32,000 bases of DNA from the NCBI RefSeq assembly GCF_900095195.1, contig NZ_LT606950.1:727207-759206 (forward strand), in the 5' to 3' direction. This document shows, piece by piece, positions 28,416-32,000 of this stretch. The notes below the pieces were generated by a model. The model made no database searches. It saw nothing but the letters and a program-made list of their open reading frames with translations, and had not been told where the DNA came from. The position numbers and the translations under genes are program-made. This DNA comes from Polynucleobacter necessarius (GTDB taxonomy: Bacteria > Pseudomonadota > Gammaproteobacteria > Burkholderiales > Burkholderiaceae). How positions within the stretch are numbered: the first letter of the stretch is position 1; every line of letters begins with the position of its first letter.

Positions 28416-28685
28416 TTACTTACGGAGACCCAATTTGTCGATCAATGCGCGATAGCGATCCAGATCTTTGCCTTTGAGGTAATCCAAGAGGCGACGGCGA
28501 CGTGAAACCATCTTCAACAAACCGCGACGGCTGTGATGGTCTTTGGCGTTAGCCTTGAAATGGGGGATTAATTCATTGATGCGGGCGGTAAGCAATGAAA
28601 CTTGAACTTCAGGGCTACCCGTATCGTTTGCGCTGCGCGCGTTTTCTTTGACGATTTCCGCCGTTTTAATATCAGCAACTGCCAT
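28416..28685 (-). CDS. rpsO: 30S ribosomal protein S15
   Basis: 89-aa ORF: [71 protein letters not shown]... AAGGAG lies 8 nt upstream of the ATG at 28685. The track start at 28712 is an extension. Confidence 0.95.
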   Translation of the reverse strand: MAVADIKTAEIVKENARSANDTGSPEVQVSLLTARINELIPHFKANAKDHHSRRGLLKMVSRRRRLLDYLKGKDLDRYRALIDKLGLRK

Positions 28686-28786
28686 TTTAGTACTCCTTAC
28701 TTGCGAACACATGAGCTTTCACCCAGTTTGTGTCGTGCGTTATAAACAAAATAAAACAAAAAAGCTTTACAAATCAAAGCCATCGA

Positions 28787-28796
28787 ATTGTAGCAG
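28787..28796 (-). promoter_or_regulatory. Putative extended -10 element (TGcTACAAT) for rpsO
   Basis: The minus strand reads CTGCTACAAT about 100 nt upstream of the rpsO ATG. The identical 10-mer occurs upstream of tRNA-Pro. No good -35 was found. Confidence 0.3.
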
Positions 28797-28913
28797 ACCA
28801 GGACCAATCATCGTGCGACCTTGTGTGATTAGAAAGACTCAGATAACAGTTTAATACAAATTAATTCTTATAGATCAATGACTTAGGAAATTTTAGTAAG
28901 ACTTCGCTAAAAA

Positions 28914-28990
<77 letters not shown>

Positions 28991-29000
28991 ACAAGCGAAA

Positions 29001-29010
29001 ATTGTAGCAG
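29001..29010 (-). promoter_or_regulatory. Putative extended -10 element (TGcTACAAT) for tRNA-Pro
   Basis: The minus strand reads CTGCTACAAT, ending 10 nt upstream of the mature tRNA 5' end and 3 nt after the stop of the MerR-like gene. Confidence 0.3.
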
Positions 29011-29013
29011 TAA

Positions 29014-29358
29014 CTATTTAGACAGAATTTGCAGTACAGCCTGCAACTCCTCGCGCAAGCGTAATTCGTCACGCGCCTCTTCAAGACGTTTACGGGCACC
29101 GCTGATTGTGAAACCCTCTTCGTAAAGAAGTGCACGTATCTTGCGGATAAGCACCACTTCATGATGTTGGTAATACCGACGGTTACCACGGCGCTTTTGC
29201 GGGCTTAATTGGGTAAATTCTTGTTCCCAATAGCGCAGTGAACGTACACCACACAAATCCGCTACTTCACCGATCGTGAAATACCGTTTAGGGGGAATGG
29301 GAGGCAGTTGAGAGCTCGGTAATGCCGAGCTAACATCAAACTCGGTTTTCTCGAGCAT
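29014..29358 (-). CDS. MerR-family transcriptional regulator (the ihfA-linked type)
   Basis: 114-aa ORF: [69 protein letters not shown]. The start overlaps the ihfA 3' end by 23 nt. Confidence 0.8.
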   Translation of the reverse strand: MLEKTEFDVSSALPSSQLPPIPPKRYFTIGEVADLCGVRSLRYWEQEFTQLSPQKRRGNRRYYQHHEVVLIRKIRALLYEEGFTISGARKRLEEARDELRLREELQAVLQILSK

Positions 29359-29659
29359 GTGACTCCACTACATCTTTCAGCTTCTGACTGGCATGAAAAG
29401 TAACGACGCGTCTTGCCGCGATAGGAATCATCTGCCCTGTCTTTGGGTTTCGGCCAGGACGAGCCGATTTATTACGCAACTGAAAATTACCAAAGCCGGA
29501 GATCTTCACTTCAGTACCAGCTTCTAAAGATTGACCAATGCGATCGAAAAATGCATCAATCATATCTTTGGCTTCACGTTTATTCAGACCGATTTGATCG
29601 ATGAGCGCTTCAGAGAGTTCGTTTTTAGTAACGGTATCGTTGGTGTTGATGTCGCCCAT
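29336..29659 (-). CDS. ihfA: Integration host factor subunit alpha
   Basis: 107-aa ORF: [96 protein letters not shown] chose the start at 29659. The track start at 29740 runs into pheT. Confidence 0.93.
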   Translation of the reverse strand: MGDINTNDTVTKNELSEALIDQIGLNKREAKDMIDAFFDRIGQSLEAGTEVKISGFGNFQLRNKSARPGRNPKTGQMIPIAARRVVTFHASQKLKDVVESHARENRV

Positions 29660-29718
29660 GGATAGTCTTTTCAGTATCGATGTCTCTAAGTATTTTTGGT
29701 AGAGCCGTAATAGCAAAC

Positions 29719-32000
29719 CTAGCGCAGACGGGCTGCACACTTTTTTTCTACCGCACCCAATAAAGCCGCCATAACAGCGTCAATTTGGGCATCTTGCAAG
29801 GTTTCCTGGGTATTCAGCAGCGTGGCGCGGAACGCCAAGCTCTTTTCATCTTCGGCCATGCTACTAGAACCTGCTTTTGGCTTAAATTCATCAAATAATT
29901 CAATCGTACGCACAAAATTCTGCTTGGAAGCAGTCATTGCATCCAACAAGGATTGAGCCGAAACATTCTGTTTCACCACTAGCGCTAAATCGCGTTGCAC
30001 CGCAGGAAATTTACTTAACTCTTCGGGAGCTGGTAGACCCAGATCACGAATCCACTCTAGATCCAACTCAAATAGCACTGGTGCTTGAGGCAATTCATAG
30101 GATTGCTGAATACCAGGATGTAGTTCACCAATCCAACCTACCTCAACTCGATTTTTGCCAACCTGCAAAAATACCTTGGCACTACGTCCAGGATGCAGAG
30201 CAGGATGTTGTGCAGCTTCAGTAATAAAGTGCAGCGGATCTAATACCCGCTCTAGATCACCTTTCACATCAAAAAAATCGACTGCTTTTGATGGGCTTGC
30301 CCACTGCTCTGGAACGGCCGCACCATATGCTAATCCGCCAATCTTTTGGGGCTGTTCAAAGCCCGCAACTTTGCCAGCTTGCTCGGCAATCGCAGCATCG
30401 CGTTTAAATATTCTGCCAGTCTCAAATAGGCGCACTCGCCCTGCACCGCGGTTCAAATTCGACTTAAGCTGCGAAAGCAGACCGCCCCAGAGGGTGCTGC
30501 GCATGACGCCATACTGATTAGCGATTGGATTCAGTACACGTATTAAATTTTGCTCAGTTGCGCCAGTAAGTCGTTGTTCGCTCTCTTGATCTGTAAAACC
30601 AAAATTCACTGCCTCTTGATAGCCCTGTAATGCAAAACGCTGACGGAGCAAATGAATACCGCGTTTTGCTTCGGCTTTTGCACTCATTTTGAGCGACGCC
30701 ACTGGCGGCTTATCGGAAATGTTTTCAAATCCATACATCCGCACAACTTCTTCAATCAAATCTTCTTCGATCTCGATATCAAAGCGGTAGCTTGGCGGTG
30801 TCACAACAAAAACATCAACCGCTTTCTTAAACTCAAAACCTAAACGTCTAAAAACATCGGCAATCACTTCATTTGTCAGCGGAATGCCAATTACCTTTTC
30901 AGCACGAGCAAGACGCATTTTCACATTCTTACGCTCTGGTACATTGAGGATCTGATCATCTACCGGACCGGCCTGCCCACCACAAACCTCGAGAATGAGT
31001 GAGGAAAGATATTCCAGACAATTCACTGTATTTTGCGGATCGACACCACGCTCAAAGCGATGCGCAGCATCGGTACTGAAATTGAAACGACGTGCTCGTC
31101 CTTGAATCGCCGAAGGCAACCAATAGGCGGCTTCTACATAGATATTGGTTGTTTGGTCGCCAACTACGCAATGATTACCGCCCATAATGCCTGCGAGAGC
31201 TACGGGACCATTCTGATCGGCCACTACACCCGCTTCTTGAACTTTGCCTGACGAATCAGGGCCAACCAGAGTAACGGTTTGACCATTGAGAAGCTCTAGG
31301 GTCTCACCGGCTTTGGCCCAACGTACCGCAATATCACCTTGGAATTTATCAATATCAAACACATGGGTTGGCTGACCCATTTCTAACATCACGTAGTTTG
31401 ATAAGTCGACTAATGCTGAAATACTGCGTTGGCCTGCACGATTTAAACGCGTCACAACCCAGTCTGGGGTTTTGGCTTTGGGGTTTACACCACGAATCAC
31501 GCGACCAGCAAAGCGACCGCACAAATCCGTATTTAAAACGCTAACTCTGCGTTTGTCATCGATGGATACCGCCGGAGAATGCCAACTCGGTTTACACAGA
31601 GAGGAGCCCGTAATTGCCGATACTTCTCTTGCCATGCCTAACAGCGACAAACAATCGGCTTTGTTTGGCGTTAATTTGATCACATAGATCTGATCATCCA
31701 AATCAAGATATTTGCGAATATCTTCGCCTACAGGTGCATCAGCAGGTAACTCCAAAATGCCTTCATGGTCATCACCAAGCCCAAGCTCGCGCCCAGAGCA
31801 CAACATACCCTGGCTCTCTACGCCACGGAGCTTGCCAACCTTAATTAGGAAAGGCTTGCCACCTGCCTCCGCAGGAGGCAATTCGGCACCTACCAGAGCA
31901 CATGGAATCTTAATGCCAGCACGCGCATTCGGTGCACCACAAACAATTTGCAGCTCTTGACCAGTACCGGCATCGACTTTACAAACACCTAAACGGTCCG
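29719..32000 (-). CDS. pheT: Phenylalanine--tRNA ligase beta subunit; the 5' end lies outside the window
   Basis: The frame is open to the window edge. It covers the end of the tRNA-binding domain ([26 protein letters not shown]...), the B3/4 and B5 domains (GIMGG...; RFERGVD) and the FDX-ACB C-terminal domain. Confidence 0.93.
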   Translation of the reverse strand, partial: DRLGVCKVDAGTGQELQIVCGAPNARAGIKIPCALVGAELPPAEAGGKPFLIKVGKLRGVESQGMLCSGRELGLGDDHEGILELPADAPVGEDIRKYLDLDDQIYVIKLTPNKADCLSLLGMAREVSAITGSSLCKPSWHSPAVSIDDKRRVSVLNTDLCGRFAGRVIRGVNPKAKTPDWVVTRLNRAGQRSISALVDLSNYVMLEMGQPTHVFDIDKFQGDIAVRWAKAGETLELLNGQTVTLVGPDSSGKVQEAGVVADQNGPVALAGIMGGNHCVVGDQTTNIYVEAAYWLPSAIQGRARRFNFSTDAAHRFERGVDPQNTVNCLEYLSSLILEVCGGQAGPVDDQILNVPERKNVKMRLARAEKVIGIPLTNEVIADVFRRLGFEFKKAVDVFVVTPPSYRFDIEIEEDLIEEVVRMYGFENISDKPPVASLKMSAKAEAKRGIHLLRQRFALQGYQEAVNFGFTDQESEQRLTGATEQNLIRVLNPIANQYGVMRSTLWGGLLSQLKSNLNRGAGRVRLFETGRIFKRDAAIAEQAGKVAGFEQPQKIGGLAYGAAVPEQWASPSKAVDFFDVKGDLERVLDPLHFITEAAQHPALHPGRSAKVFLQVGKNRVEVGWIGELHPGIQQSYELPQAPVLFELDLEWIRDLGLPAPEELSKFPAVQRDLALVVKQNVSAQSLLDAMTASKQNFVRTIELFDEFKPKAGSSSMAEDEKSLAFRATLLNTQETLQDAQIDAVMAALLGAVEKKCAARLR

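Overview
This looks like a Burkholderiales-type chromosomal segment. A Polynucleobacter-like origin is a tentative guess from the synteny and from AT-richness judged by eye. From about 7.7 kb to the right edge it is an ordinary, apparently intact housekeeping array, all on the minus strand: DUF1178, NUDIX hydrolase, the complete 14-gene nuoN-to-nuoA operon, tRNA-Leu(GAG), secG, tpiA, a quinone oxidoreductase, pnp, rpsO, tRNA-Pro(GGG), a MerR-like regulator, ihfA and a partial pheT. The 3' end of dnaQ sits at the left edge. The unusual part is 364-7703. All seven accessory genes there are dead: SPY/GT41-like glycosyltransferase, tartrate/D-malate dehydrogenase, SprT-like metalloprotease, amidase, TctC/Bug-type binding protein, OYE-family flavin oxidoreductase and methylmalonate-semialdehyde dehydrogenase. 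Five of them are split into halves that lie apart or on opposite strands. The six split junctions pair up into three inversions between 4-6 bp inverted microhomologies. Undoing these in a forced order restores every split gene and gives a simple ancestral gene order. Small lesions are layered on top: an 8-bp tandem duplication, a 5-bp slippage deletion, homopolymer indels and internal deletions. I saw no CRISPR array, IS element, transposase, integrase or recognisable defence or toxin module. I do not claim a new biological system. The most interesting signal is the reconstructable rearrangement scar and its in-frame chimeric ORFs. A perfect 18-bp tandem duplication that copies the nuoA ribosome-binding site is the second most notable.
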